Assembly (NCBI GenBank): GCA_045545475.1
Contig: JAZQAZ010000044.1
Coordinates: 1-64,000, forward strand
From: Clostridia bacterium
Lineage (GTDB): Bacteria > Bacillota > Clostridia > CAKSNL01 > HGM11501
Direction of reading: 5' to 3'
Length of the DNA stretch: 64,000 bases
The notes beneath the pieces are model-generated. The model saw only the letters and a list, made by a program, of their open reading frames with translations, did not search any database and had not been told where the DNA came from. Numbering within the stretch: position 1 is the first letter of the stretch; each line of letters opens with the position of its first letter. A program made the position numbers and the translations under genes. Of the stretch, positions 28,280-38,366 are shown one piece after another.

Positions 28280-29017
28280 TCACAATGCATATTTTTCGGC
28301 AAACTCAATCAAAGGAGAGTGGTCGCTCAATCCGTGGGGATGATGACCGCAACCCTCTTTGCCGTAAACCTCAATTATTCCGCCGTTTTCACGGTAATAT
28401 TTTTCAAAAATCCCTCCGTTTTCCTCATACGGAACGATTATATCGCTGTCACCGTACACCATAATAACCGGAATGTTTGCCTTTAATATAAGATGCATTT
28501 TATCTATGGGATTTTCTCTGTAGCTTATAAGCTTATCCAATGTTATTCCGGTGGCTTCTGTCATTTCCTGCATCATTCCGCCTCCCGCCAGGCTATAGTC
28601 AGCTTTGCCGAGACCTGCAGGGCAGGATAAAAGATTCATAACCGGAGCATCAAGATAAGGCGCCGATACCATTTCGGGATATTTTGCCGTAAGCTTGCTT
28701 GCAATGAGTCCGCCACAGCTCATTCCCACGGGAATGCACTTTTCATAAAGTCCGAATTTTTCTTTGAGATATGCTGCAAACTCCCTTTTTAAGTCAAGGT
28801 CTGAATCCAGGCACCATCTGGTTATATTTTTTATATATGCAAGATGCCATCCGCGTTTTACCATTTCTGCTTCAAATTCAGGAAAGGCGTGAAAATATTC
28901 GGTTTTAAAAAGCCAGTTTTTATTTTCGTTAGGCTTATCGGGAAAAACAACCGTCGCTTCCCTTCCCTTAAATTCAAAGTCTATTCTCTTAAAGCCAAAC
29001 CAAAGCGATTCCGTCAT
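28280..29017 (-). CDS. Alpha/beta-hydrolase fold protein
   Basis: Nucleophile elbow GMSCGG, GDSD, GHHPH; ATG 29017 after AGGAG (ORF-track start 29170 overlaps uvrA). Confidence 0.8.
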   Translation of the reverse strand: MTESLWFGFKRIDFEFKGREATVVFPDKPNENKNWLFKTEYFHAFPEFEAEMVKRGWHLAYIKNITRWCLDSDLDLKREFAAYLKEKFGLYEKCIPVGMSCGGLIASKLTAKYPEMVSAPYLDAPVMNLLSCPAGLGKADYSLAGGGMMQEMTEATGITLDKLISYRENPIDKMHLILKANIPVIMVYGDSDIIVPYEENGGIFEKYYRENGGIIEVYGKEGCGHHPHGLSDHSPLIEFAEKYAL

Positions 29018-29051
29018 ACCATAAGCTCCTTCCTTTTTAATCTGATAAGTA

Positions 29052-31880
29052 TTAAAGATATTTTTTAAGATACTCTCCGGTAACGGAGGCCTTGTTTTCC
29101 GCCACCTGCTCGGGCGTTCCCTCGGCAACGATTCTGCCGCCGTTGTTTCCGCCCTCGGGACCCAAATCAATTATATGGTCGGAAACCTTTATTACATCAA
29201 GATTATGCTCGATTACAATAACCGTATTTCCCGCATCGGTAAGGCGCTGCAATACCTCAATAAGCCTGTGAACATCCGCCGTGTGAAGACCTGTTGTGGG
29301 CTCATCAAGAATATATACGGTTTTACCCGTAGGACGCTTTGAAAGCTCCGTCGAAAGCTTTACACGCTGTGCCTCACCGCCCGAAAGCGTGGTGGAGGAC
29401 TGACCGATTTTGATATAACCTAGTCCCACATCGTAAAGAGTCTGAAGCTTTCTCTTTATTTTAGGAATATTTTCAAAGAAGGAAAGCCCTTCTTCAACGC
29501 TCATTTCCAATACTTCGTATATGTTTTTGCCCTTATATCGCACCTCTAATGTTTCCCTGCTGTATCTTTTTCCTCCGCATACCTCGCAGGGCACATAGAT
29601 GTCTGACAAAAAGTGCATTTCGATTTTCAAGATACCGTCACCCGAGCAGGCTTCGCATCTTCCGCCCTTTACGTTGAAGCTGAAACGGCCTGCACCGTAG
29701 CCCCTTGCCTTCGCCTCGTTGGTGGATGCAAAAAGCTCCCTTATATCGCCGAACACGCCCGTGTATGTCGCAGGGTTGGAGCGAGGTGTTCTTCCGATGG
29801 GCGACTGGTCAATATTTATAACCTTGTCAAGGTATTCAATGCCCTTTATCTCCTTATGGCGACCGGGCATTTCCTTGGTTGCACCATTAAGTGCACGGGC
29901 AAGGCTCTTTTGAAGAATTTCGTTTACCAATGTGGATTTACCGCTGCCCGAAACCCCGGTTACCGAAGTAAGCTTGCCAAGGGGGAACTTTACATTTATG
30001 TTTTTAAGGTTGTTTTCCCTTGCTCCAAGTACCTCAAGATATTTTCCGTTGCCCTTTCTTCGCTCGGAAGGTACCTCGATTTTCTTTCGACCGGAAAGAT
30101 AGTCACCGGTAATGGATTCCTTACATTTTTCAATGTCTGAAACACTTCCCTCGGCAACAACCAAACCGCCGTGAATACCTGCACCGGGGCCAATATCCAC
30201 GATATGGTCAGCCTCACGCATGGTCTCCTCATCATGCTCAACCACAATTAATGTATTTCCCATATCACGAAGGTTTTTAAGTGCCGCAATAAGCCTTCCG
30301 TTATCGCGCTGATGAAGACCAATTGAAGGCTCGTCAAGGATATATAAAACTCCCGTAAGACCGGAGCCGATCTGTGTTGCAAGACGGATTCTCTGTGCCT
30401 CACCTCCCGAAAGAGTTGCAGAAGCACGGCTTAATGTAAGATAGTCAAGACCTACCTCAATCAAGAATCCAAGTCTTGCATCAATCTCTCTTAAAATAGG
30501 TGCAGAAATTGCCTTATCCTTTTCGCCAAAGGTTATTTCTTTAAGGAAGTCCCTGGATTCGCCGATGGATTTATCCGTAAGCTCGTGGATATTTATACCG
30601 CCGACGGTAACCGCGAGGGCCTCCTTTTTAAGACGCTTGCCTCTGCAGCAGCTGCAATCGCTCTGACTCATACGAAGCTCGTAATAGTACTTCATAAATT
30701 CGGAATTTGTTTCGGCATAGCGACGCTCCATACAGGGGATAATTCCCTCATAGGGCTTGTCATAAATCTGCTCCGTACGGCTGTCTCTTCCCTTGTAGCG
30801 GATTTCGATCTTTTCGTCTCCGCTTCCGTAAAAGAGTATTTCTCTAGCCTCATCGGAAAGCTCCTTTATAGGAACGTGTAAATCAAAGCCGTACTTTCTT
30901 TCAAGTCCGTCATAAACGCTTTCAATCATTCCGCCGGCAACGCTTCCGTCCCAGCCGAGAAGATCAATTCCACCGTTATAGACGGATAAATTCCAGTCGG
31001 TTATAACCCTGTCAGGGTCCATTTTCATAATAAACCCGAGACCTGCACATTCGGGGCAGGCACCAAAAGGGCTGTTGAAGGAAAAGAGCCTCGGTTCAAG
31101 CTCCTCAAGGCTTATTCCGCACTCGTGGCAGGCATAGTTTCTGCTGTAGGTATAGATTTCCCCGTCGGTCGTCAAAACATTTACAAGACCGCCCGACATA
31201 TTAAGTGCAGTCTCCAAAGACTCTGCAAGACGGGCGTTCATATCGCTCTTAACGGAAAGACGGTCAACCACGATTTCGATATTGTGCTTTTTCTTTTTAT
31301 CAAGCTTTATTTCCTCATCCAAAAGCCTTACTTCACCGTCAACATAAACTCTTACATAGCCGTTTTTTCTGGCATCTTCAAAAAGCTTCTGATGCTCGCC
31401 CTTCTTGCCTCTTATAACAGGGCTTAAAATCATAAGCTTTGTGCCTTCGGGAAATGCTTTTACGCTGTCGGTTATCTGATCCACCGTCTGCATTTTTATT
31501 TCCTTGCCGCATTCGGGACAGTGGGGAACGCCTACCCTCGCATACAAAAGACGGAGATAGTCGTAAATTTCCGTAACGGTACCCACGGTGGAGCGGGGGT
31601 TTTTGCTGGTGGTTTTCTGATCAATCGATATGGCGGGAGAAAGACCGCCGATAAAGTCCACATCCGGTTTTTGCATCTGCCCCAAAAACTGACGGGCATA
31701 GGAAGAAAGCGACTCAACATATCGCCTCTGTCCTTCTGCATATATGGTATCAAAGGCAAGAGAGCTTTTTCCCGAGCCGGAAAGTCCTGTAAAAACAATC
31801 AGCTTGTCTCTCGGAATTGTAATGTCAATCCCCTTTAAGTTGTTCTCCCTTGCACCCTTTATAATTATTTCACTCTTCAT
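29052..31880 (-). CDS. uvrA: Excinuclease ABC subunit A
   Basis: [23 protein letters not shown], two ABC domains, zinc fingers, LSGGEAQR. Confidence 0.98.
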   Translation of the reverse strand: MKSEIIIKGARENNLKGIDITIPRDKLIVFTGLSGSGKSSLAFDTIYAEGQRRYVESLSSYARQFLGQMQKPDVDFIGGLSPAISIDQKTTSKNPRSTVGTVTEIYDYLRLLYARVGVPHCPECGKEIKMQTVDQITDSVKAFPEGTKLMILSPVIRGKKGEHQKLFEDARKNGYVRVYVDGEVRLLDEEIKLDKKKKHNIEIVVDRLSVKSDMNARLAESLETALNMSGGLVNVLTTDGEIYTYSRNYACHECGISLEELEPRLFSFNSPFGACPECAGLGFIMKMDPDRVITDWNLSVYNGGIDLLGWDGSVAGGMIESVYDGLERKYGFDLHVPIKELSDEAREILFYGSGDEKIEIRYKGRDSRTEQIYDKPYEGIIPCMERRYAETNSEFMKYYYELRMSQSDCSCCRGKRLKKEALAVTVGGINIHELTDKSIGESRDFLKEITFGEKDKAISAPILREIDARLGFLIEVGLDYLTLSRASATLSGGEAQRIRLATQIGSGLTGVLYILDEPSIGLHQRDNGRLIAALKNLRDMGNTLIVVEHDEETMREADHIVDIGPGAGIHGGLVVAEGSVSDIEKCKESITGDYLSGRKKIEVPSERRKGNGKYLEVLGARENNLKNINVKFPLGKLTSVTGVSGSGKSTLVNEILQKSLARALNGATKEMPGRHKEIKGIEYLDKVINIDQSPIGRTPRSNPATYTGVFGDIRELFASTNEAKARGYGAGRFSFNVKGGRCEACSGDGILKIEMHFLSDIYVPCEVCGGKRYSRETLEVRYKGKNIYEVLEMSVEEGLSFFENIPKIKRKLQTLYDVGLGYIKIGQSSTTLSGGEAQRVKLSTELSKRPTGKTVYILDEPTTGLHTADVHRLIEVLQRLTDAGNTVIVIEHNLDVIKVSDHIIDLGPEGGNNGGRIVAEGTPEQVAENKASVTGEYLKKYL

Positions 31881-33831
31881 CTTCGATTTCACTCCGTATT
31901 CTCATAAGCTTATCACGGATTTTAGCCGCATCTTCAAATCGAAGCTGGCTTGCAGCCTCCTTCATTTCAGCTTCAAGCTGCTCCAAAATTTCCTTACCCG
32001 ACCTTGCTTTGCCCTTTTTCTTTTCTTCCTTTTCCAGAACCTTTATAACCTCACGCACTGACTTAGATACGGTCTTTGGAGTTATGCCGTGTTCCTTATT
32101 AAAGTCGGACTGAATTTTTCTTCTTCGCTCAGTTTCGTCAATGGCATATTTCATAGCGTCGGTTATTCTGTCGGCATACATTATTACCTTGCCTTCGGCA
32201 TTTCTTGCTGCACGGCCAATGGTCTGAATAAGGGATGTTCCGCTTCTGAGGAAGCCTTCCTTATCGGCATCAAGTATGGCAATCAGCGAAACCTCGGGAA
32301 GGTCAAGACCTTCTCTGAGTAAGTTTATTCCCACAAGTACGTCGAAAACTCCAAGACGCAAATCTCTTATAATTTCCATACGCTCTAACGTTTCAACCTC
32401 GCTGTGCATATAGCGGACGCGGATTCCAAGGCTTTGCATATGATCGGTAAGTGCCTCTGCCATTTTCTTGGTAAGGGTTGTAACAAGCACCCTTTCCCCT
32501 TTTTCGGTACGGATATTAACCTCGCTCACAAGGTCATCAATCTGCCCTTCTGTGGGACGGACGAAAATTTCAGGATCAAGAAGCCCCGTAGGTCGTATAA
32601 CCTGCTCTGCAACTTTGGAAGAATTATCATATTCATACTGTGCAGGTGTCGCAGAAACGAACAATACCTGATTCAATCTCTCTTCAAACTCTTTAAATGT
32701 CAAAGGACGGTTATCGTAAGCACTGGGAAGGCGGAAGCCATATTCCACCAGATTATCCTTTCGTGAACGGTCCCCCGCATACATCGCCCTGACCTGTGGA
32801 ATTGTAACGTGTGATTCGTCAATAACAAGCAAAAAGTCCTTCGGAAAATAATCAATTAAAGTATAAGGTGCACTACCCTCACTTCTTCCGCTAATGTGAC
32901 GGGAATAGTTTTCTATACCTTGACAAAAACCCACTTCTTTAAGCATTTCTATATCGTAGTCAGTCCTCTGCTTAAGTCGCTGTGCCTCTAAAAGTTTACC
33001 TTCCGATTCAAAATATTTAAGTCTGTCAGCAAGTTCTCTTTCAATGCCGGATATAGCACGAAGGAGCTTGTCCTTATTTGTTACATAATGCGATGCAGGA
33101 TAAATTGCCACGTGATTTCTTGTGCCTAAAACTTCTCCGGTAACGGTGTTTATTTCACATATTCTGTCAATTTCGTCATCAAAAAATTCAATTCTTATTG
33201 CCTTTTCATTTTCGCTTGAAGGGAAAACCTCAAGCACATCTCCATGGGCACGGAACTTATTTCTCGTAAAGTTTATATCGTTCCTCTCATACTGCATCTC
33301 AACAAGCTTTTTTATTATCTCGTCTCTTTCCATAACCATACCGGGGCGAAGGGATATAACCATCCCCTGATAGTCCTCCGGGTCACCGAGGCCGTAAATA
33401 CAGGAAACGCTGGCAACAACAATTACGTCTCTCCGCTCAAAAAGTGCCATTGTCGCACTGTGTCGAAGCTTGTCAATGTCATCATTTATAGAGGCATCCT
33501 TTTCTATATAGGTATCGCTCTGAGGCACATAGGCCTCGGGCTGATAATAGTCGTAATAGGACACGAAAAACTCAACGGCATTGTCCGGAAAAAATTCCTT
33601 GAACTCGGAGCAAAGCTGTGCCGCCAGGGTTTTATTGTGAGCCAGCACCAATGTCGGCTTATTCACTTTTTCTATTACCTTGGCAACGGTGTACGTTTTA
33701 CCCGAGCCCGTTACGCCCAGCAAAATCTGACCTTTTTCGCCGTTTTCAATACCTTCGGCTAATTTTTCTATTGCCTGTCCCTGGTCTCCCGCAGGATTGA
33801 ATTTTGAACGCAAAATAAACTTATCCGGCAT
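31870..33831 (-). CDS. uvrB: Excinuclease ABC subunit B
   Basis: [29 protein letters not shown]-terminal UVR domain. Confidence 0.98.
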   Translation of the reverse strand: MPDKFILRSKFNPAGDQGQAIEKLAEGIENGEKGQILLGVTGSGKTYTVAKVIEKVNKPTLVLAHNKTLAAQLCSEFKEFFPDNAVEFFVSYYDYYQPEAYVPQSDTYIEKDASINDDIDKLRHSATMALFERRDVIVVASVSCIYGLGDPEDYQGMVISLRPGMVMERDEIIKKLVEMQYERNDINFTRNKFRAHGDVLEVFPSSENEKAIRIEFFDDEIDRICEINTVTGEVLGTRNHVAIYPASHYVTNKDKLLRAISGIERELADRLKYFESEGKLLEAQRLKQRTDYDIEMLKEVGFCQGIENYSRHISGRSEGSAPYTLIDYFPKDFLLVIDESHVTIPQVRAMYAGDRSRKDNLVEYGFRLPSAYDNRPLTFKEFEERLNQVLFVSATPAQYEYDNSSKVAEQVIRPTGLLDPEIFVRPTEGQIDDLVSEVNIRTEKGERVLVTTLTKKMAEALTDHMQSLGIRVRYMHSEVETLERMEIIRDLRLGVFDVLVGINLLREGLDLPEVSLIAILDADKEGFLRSGTSLIQTIGRAARNAEGKVIMYADRITDAMKYAIDETERRRKIQSDFNKEHGITPKTVSKSVREVIKVLEKEEKKKGKARSGKEILEQLEAEMKEAASQLRFEDAAKIRDKLMRIRSEIEDEE

Positions 33832-33871
33832 ATCCTCACTCCCTTGCCCTTAAATATAACTATATTTATAT

Positions 33872-33915
33872 ATTATACCACATTAAGAATAATAAGTAAA
33901 TAGAACAATCGTTAG
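33872..33915 (-). promoter_or_regulatory. uvrB promoter with adjacent LexA (Cheo)-like box
   Basis: TTTACT(33900-33895)-17-TGn-TATAAT(33877-33872); GAAC-AATC-GTTA at 33903-33914 (one mismatch to GAAC-N4-GTTC). Confidence 0.55.
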
Positions 33916-33973
33916 TTTTTCGGGTATTTTCTTAAACTCCGTAATGTTCTTTATTTTTCGCTTACAGTGCGTA

Positions 33974-34010
33974 AAAAATGCAGACATACGGCGGTATGTC
34001 TACATTTTTT
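33974..34010 (-). terminator. Intrinsic terminator
   Basis: aaaaaatgcagacatac-ggcg-gtatgtctacattttt. Confidence 0.65.
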
Positions 34011-34051
34011 GTAACTTTTCTGAAATTTATTTCCCGGGAAATTCATAATTA

Positions 34052-34708
34052 TCATTTACGCTTGTTATACTTACAAAACCTCATACATATTCCGCAGACA
34101 GCTCCTCTGCCGATGTCCTTGAAGTGGTCTTTCATATAGTGGCTGCAAAGCTCCGCATCAAAAAAGTCTGTAAAATTAATGCCCTTTTCCCAGGTTTTTC
34201 CGCTGATGGCTCCGGAGGGACACATTTTTTTGCATATAGTGCAATCTTTGCATCCATCCTCATATGCATGTTCTTCGGCAGGAAGAGGCATATCTGTAAA
34301 TACTGTTGCAAGACGAACCAAAGGTCCTGTTTCCCGGGAAATAAAAAGTGCACTTTTTCCTATCCATCCAAGGCCTGCATCTACTGCAGCCTTCTTATGA
34401 GAGAAAAGACCTTTTGTCCCTTCTATGCTTTGCGATGCAGGAATATTTGCTCCGTTATAGCCGCCCTTTTCAAGCTCTATCACGGCAGATAATGCCATCT
34501 GGTCCAGGCGGGTATTCACCGTTCTGTAATGGTGAAAATAAGTTTTGGATGGGCCGCTTTCCGAAATCGTGTCAACTATGGCAGAGGATAATTTTATTCC
34601 GAATGTAATGCAATAATTAAGTCCGTGAAAAGGCGTATCCTCCTGATAGGAACACCCCACAAAACAGGCTCCGTCCGAAAGCAATTTTTCTTTTATTTTT
34701 TCGTACAT
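34052..34708 (-). CDS. Small epoxyqueuosine reductase-like 4Fe-4S protein
   Basis: FSHKKAAVDAGLGWIGKS, GPLVRLATVFTD, CKDCTICKKMCP, CGICMRFC. Confidence 0.8.
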   Translation of the reverse strand: MYEKIKEKLLSDGACFVGCSYQEDTPFHGLNYCITFGIKLSSAIVDTISESGPSKTYFHHYRTVNTRLDQMALSAVIELEKGGYNGANIPASQSIEGTKGLFSHKKAAVDAGLGWIGKSALFISRETGPLVRLATVFTDMPLPAEEHAYEDGCKDCTICKKMCPSGAISGKTWEKGINFTDFFDAELCSHYMKDHFKDIGRGAVCGICMRFCKYNKRK

Positions 34709-34801
34709 ATTTTTGCAACTCCTTCTTGCAAAAGCAAAAAAAATGTGTTATAATACTTTTTAAATCGTTATTTTTCAGTCAAACTTTTAAAGGGTGATAA
34801 A

Positions 34802-35320
34802 ATGTCAGGCTATTTTTTCAATAATTCAGTTGACTTAAAACTCATTATACTATTTATTGCACAAAATTTCAAGCGTCCTGTTACAATTTCGGATATTTAC
34901 GATATAATTATCTCCAGAGGTTATGCCGAATACTTTGAAATGGCAGAGTCTTTTTCCGAGCTTGAGGAATCAGGTCTTATAAAACCGGCAAGCCGCAAAG
35001 GAACCTTTATGGTAACGGAAAAGGGCATTTCCACCTTAAAGCTTTTACTTAAGGAGTTGCCGTTCACCGTAAGAGAGGCACTTATCGAAGCTATTAAATA
35101 TGCACGTCGCAAGGAAACAGAGGCACATTCTTTAACAGCCGAATATAAAGAAAACAAAACAGGAGGCTTCGACGTGTTTTGCGAAATCACTGAGGCAGGA
35201 TTTCATCTTTTCTCCATGTCTGTAACACTTCCCACCCACGATGACGCAATGCGTGCCACAGCAAGTTTCAAAAAAAACGCAGAGCAGATTTATGCCGAAA
35301 TCATAAAAAAACTTTCATGA
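34802..35320 (+). CDS. DUF4364 family protein (winged helix)
   Basis: KLIILFI, YFE..E...ELEESGL, TEKG, A..F...A.QIY pattern; TTGCAA-17-TATAAT promoter at 34726-34754. Confidence 0.7.
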   Translation: MSGYFFNNSVDLKLIILFIAQNFKRPVTISDIYDIIISRGYAEYFEMAESFSELEESGLIKPASRKGTFMVTEKGISTLKLLLKELPFTVREALIEAIKYARRKETEAHSLTAEYKENKTGGFDVFCEITEAGFHLFSMSVTLPTHDDAMRATASFKKNAEQIYAEIIKKLS

Positions 35321-35348
35321 ACATACATTAATCTATTACAGTTTCACA

Positions 35349-35377
35349 TTGACTCTGTTAATTTTTAGTACTATAAT
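35349..35377 (+). promoter_or_regulatory. sigmaA promoter of serC-serA
   Basis: TTGACT(35349-35354)-17-TATAAT(35372-35377). Confidence 0.7.
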
Positions 35378-35425
35378 AGTACTATTAAAATAAATTTAAA
35401 AACATTTATTGGAGGTATTCAAGTT

Positions 35426-36508
35426 ATGGATAGAGTTTACAATTTTTCAGCCGGTCCTTCCATGCTTCCTGTTTCCGTATTGGAAAAGGCAGCAAGCCAG
35501 ATGCTCAACTATGAAGGCACCGGACAGAGCGTTATGGAAATGAGCCACCGCTCCAAGGAATATGCACCCATCATTGAAGGTGCAGAAGCACTCCTTCGTG
35601 AGGTGATGGAAATTCCCGATAACTACAAAGTAATGTTCCTTCAGGGCGGTGCGTCCAGCCAGTTCACCATGGTTCCCATGAACCTTGGTAATAAAAACAA
35701 GAAGGCAGATTATGTTATCACAGGCCAGTGGGCAAAGAAGGCTTATGCAGAAGGTAAGCGTTATCTTGCAGCAAGAGAAGTTGCATCCAGTGCGGATAAA
35801 ACCTTCTCTTATATTCCCGCTCTTACAAAGGATATGTTCGATCCTGAAGCTGACTTTGTACATATCTGTATGAACAACACAATTTACGGTACACGTTATG
35901 TCGATATTCCCGACACAGGTAACGTTCCCCTTGTTGGTGACATTTCTTCCATGATTCTTTCACAGAAGATTGACGTTACAAAGTTTGGTCTCCTTTATGC
36001 AGGTGCACAGAAGAACGTTGCTCCCGCAGGTCTTACCATCGTAATCGCAAGAGATGACCTTTTGGGAAATGCTATGGAACAAACTCCTACCATGTTTAAC
36101 TACGTTACACATACAGAAAACGGTTCCATGTTCAACACTCCCCCCTGCTACAATATCTATATCTGCAAGCTCGTTCTTGAATGGATCCGTGACATGGGTG
36201 GCGTTTCAGTTATGCAGCAGGTAAACGAAGAAAAGGCAAAGCTTTTCTACGATTATCTTGATTCTTCTTCCCTCTTCAAGGGAACAGTTGAGGCTAAGGA
36301 CCGTTCTCTCATGAACATTCCTTTTGTAACAGGCAACGAAGAGCTTGACGCTAAGTTTGTTTCCGAATCCAAGAAGGCAGGCTTCGTAAACCTTAAGGGC
36401 CATCGTTCTGTTGGCGGTATGCGCGCAAGCATCTACAATGCTATGCCCAAGGAAGGCGTAGTTGCATTAATCGACTTCATGAAGAAATTTGAAAGCGAAA
36501 ACAAATAA
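35426..36508 (+). CDS. serC: Phosphoserine aminotransferase
   Basis: YNFSAGPS, SVMEMSHRS, GAQKN (PLP lysine), NTPP, GHRSVGGMRASIYNA. Confidence 0.97.
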   Translation: MDRVYNFSAGPSMLPVSVLEKAASQMLNYEGTGQSVMEMSHRSKEYAPIIEGAEALLREVMEIPDNYKVMFLQGGASSQFTMVPMNLGNKNKKADYVITGQWAKKAYAEGKRYLAAREVASSADKTFSYIPALTKDMFDPEADFVHICMNNTIYGTRYVDIPDTGNVPLVGDISSMILSQKIDVTKFGLLYAGAQKNVAPAGLTIVIARDDLLGNAMEQTPTMFNYVTHTENGSMFNTPPCYNIYICKLVLEWIRDMGGVSVMQQVNEEKAKLFYDYLDSSSLFKGTVEAKDRSLMNIPFVTGNEELDAKFVSESKKAGFVNLKGHRSVGGMRASIYNAMPKEGVVALIDFMKKFESENK

Positions 36509-36534
36509 TCGCTTTGTGAAAGGACTTATGCTTT

Positions 36535-37695
36535 ATGTTTAATATTTTAACACTTAATAAAATTGCCGCTTGCGGACTTAAGAACTTCGGAGATAACTAT
36601 ACAGTTTCCGATGCTTGTGAGAATCCCGACGGTATTATCCTTCGTAGCTTCAAAATGCACGATATGCCTCTTCCTGCTTCCTTAAAAGCTGTTGCAAGAG
36701 CCGGTGCAGGCGTAAACAACATTCCGATTGATAAGTGTACAGATGCCGGAATCGTTGTATTCAACACTCCCGGTGCTAATGCAAACGCAGTTAAAGAACT
36801 CGTTATCGGTGCACTCTTTTTAGCATCCCGTGATGTTGTGGGCGGCATCGAATGGGCAAAGACATTAATCGGCGAAGGTGACAATGTTCCCGCACTCGTT
36901 GAAAAGGGCAAGGGCAATTTCGCAGGTAACGAAATCACAGGTAAGACCTTAAGCGTTATCGGTCTTGGTGCAATCGGTGCAATGGTTGCAAACGCTGCAC
37001 ACAGACTCGGTATGCACGTTGTAGGATACGATCCTTTCTTATCCGTTAACTCTGCACTTCACTTAGACCCCAGAGTTGAGGTTGCTCCCACACTCGAGGC
37101 TGCAGTATCCGATGCTGACTATGTGACAATCCATATGCCCCTTAATGATTCCACAAAGGGTATCTTCAATTCCGACCTTTTCAAGTGCATGAAGAACGGA
37201 GTAAGACTTCTTAACTTTGCACGTGGTGAGCTTGTTGATACAGAATCCTTAAGCTTTGCAATCGGTAGCGGCACAATAAAGACTTATATCACAGACTTCC
37301 CCAATGAGGAAGTGCTTCAGATGAAAAACACAGTATGCATCCCCCACCTTGGTGCTTCCAGCGAAGAGTCTGAGGATAACTGTGCTATTATGGCGAGCAA
37401 GGAGCTTGTAAACTACTTGGAGAGCGGTAACATAGCAAACTCCGTAAACCTTCCTAATTGTGAGCTTCCCTTGACCGGACTTCCCAGAATCACAATTATT
37501 CACAAGAATGTTCCTGCAATGATAAGTACCTTTACAACAATCTTAAGTGATGCAGGCCTTAATATTGAAAATATCATTAACAAGAGCAAGAAGGACATTG
37601 CTTATACAATGATCGAATCAAGTGTTGCACCCACAGAAGAGCTTATAAAGAAAATCGAAGCAACAGAGGGAGTTATTAAGGTAAGAGTCCTCTAA
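36535..37695 (+). CDS. serA: D-3-phosphoglycerate dehydrogenase with C-terminal ACT domain
   Basis: RAGAGVNNIP, NTPGANANAV, GLGAIG, PHLGAS, ACT domain; operon with serC. Confidence 0.92.
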   Translation: MFNILTLNKIAACGLKNFGDNYTVSDACENPDGIILRSFKMHDMPLPASLKAVARAGAGVNNIPIDKCTDAGIVVFNTPGANANAVKELVIGALFLASRDVVGGIEWAKTLIGEGDNVPALVEKGKGNFAGNEITGKTLSVIGLGAIGAMVANAAHRLGMHVVGYDPFLSVNSALHLDPRVEVAPTLEAAVSDADYVTIHMPLNDSTKGIFNSDLFKCMKNGVRLLNFARGELVDTESLSFAIGSGTIKTYITDFPNEEVLQMKNTVCIPHLGASSEESEDNCAIMASKELVNYLESGNIANSVNLPNCELPLTGLPRITIIHKNVPAMISTFTTILSDAGLNIENIINKSKKDIAYTMIESSVAPTEELIKKIEATEGVIKVRVL

Positions 37696-37706
37696 TAAAA
37701 GCATCG

Positions 37707-37736
37707 AAGGCGGTGGGCTTATCCCACCGCCTTTTT
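37707..37736 (+). terminator. serA terminator
   Basis: aaggcggtggg-ctta-tcccaccgcc-ttttt. Confidence 0.85.
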
Positions 37737-37787
37737 CAATCCCCCAAATTTTGTCGAAAAGAATTTAAACTTTTTTTCAAAAAAGAC

Positions 37788-37816
37788 TTTACAAATGCCA
37801 ATTTTTGTGCTATACT
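37788..37816 (+). promoter_or_regulatory. sigmaA promoter of tRNA gene
   Basis: TTTACA(37788-37793)-17-TGn-TATACT(37811-37816). Confidence 0.75.
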
Positions 37817-37847
37817 TAATAAGTCGTCAGTGATACGGCATAAATAT

Positions 37848-37925
<78 letters not shown>

Positions 37926-37926
37926 G

Positions 37927-37963
37927 AAAAAAAGTTCTTGGTCTTTTGACCAAGGGCTTTTTT
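37927..37963 (+). terminator. tRNA terminator
   Basis: agttcttggtc-tttt-gaccaagggct-ttttt. Confidence 0.75.
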
Positions 37964-38148
37964 CGTTGTGTGTGATATTTCACTTTGATCTCTGTCGGGT
38001 TTTGAGACCGACGAGCTTGCTCGTTGGGTTAGCGAAGCAAAAACGATTGAGTATCGTTTTTGCAAGCGGTGTCCATCAAAGCACGATTTTTCGAGCCTAG
38101 TGTACCGAGGCGATGAAAAAGAGATGCGACATGGACCGGTGCGAAGCG

Positions 38149-38218
38149 ATAACCCGGAGGTCGCGTGGCTTCGGCATTTTTTATAAAAAATGCCTATGTC
38201 CCGCCTCCGCAACCAGAA
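38149..38218 (+). repeat. Duplicated 3' half of tRNA-fMet with T-loop replaced by a palindrome-containing insert
   Basis: 38149-38168 is identical to 37883-37902 and 38199-38218 to 37909-37928; palindrome GGCATTTTTTATAAAAAATGCC at 38173-38194. Confidence 0.9.
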
Positions 38219-38272
38219 CACGAAAAAGCAATCTCGCAAGGGATTGCTTTTTTTGTGTTTACAGTAGATGAA

Positions 38273-38327
38273 GGGATTTGAACTTGTCGTAAGCATTTTC
38301 TTTTGAAAATGCTTATGTCCCGCCTCC
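38273..38327 (+). repeat. Second hairpin plus tRNA-3'-fragment unit
   Basis: Inverted T-arm copy gggatttgaac (38273-38283); hairpin taagcattttc-tttt-gaaaatgctta; then tgtcccgcctcc as in the first unit. Confidence 0.8.
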
Positions 38328-38333
38328 TTTCAC

Positions 38334-38366
38334 AAAAAAAGAACAGTCTTAAGACTGTTCTTTTTT
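38334..38366 (-). terminator. Terminator of the histidine kinase operon
   Basis: Palindrome aaaaaagaacagtcttaagactgttctttttt. Confidence 0.75.

Noticed and set aside
29018-29170. Long N-terminal extension of the alpha/beta hydrolase or a uvrA frameshift fusion
   Set aside because: A good RBS and ATG exist at 29017 and uvrA ends normally; the extension is just an open alternate frame
29613-33800. Many long antisense ORFs over uvrA/uvrB (also over liv, serA, the kinase and glycan genes)
   Set aside because: Typical shadow ORFs from codon bias of conserved genes; no RBS or motifs
37926-38330. CRISPR array or intact prophage/ICE at the tRNA
   Set aside because: Repeats are tRNA fragments with irregular spacing; no cas, integrase or phage genes nearby
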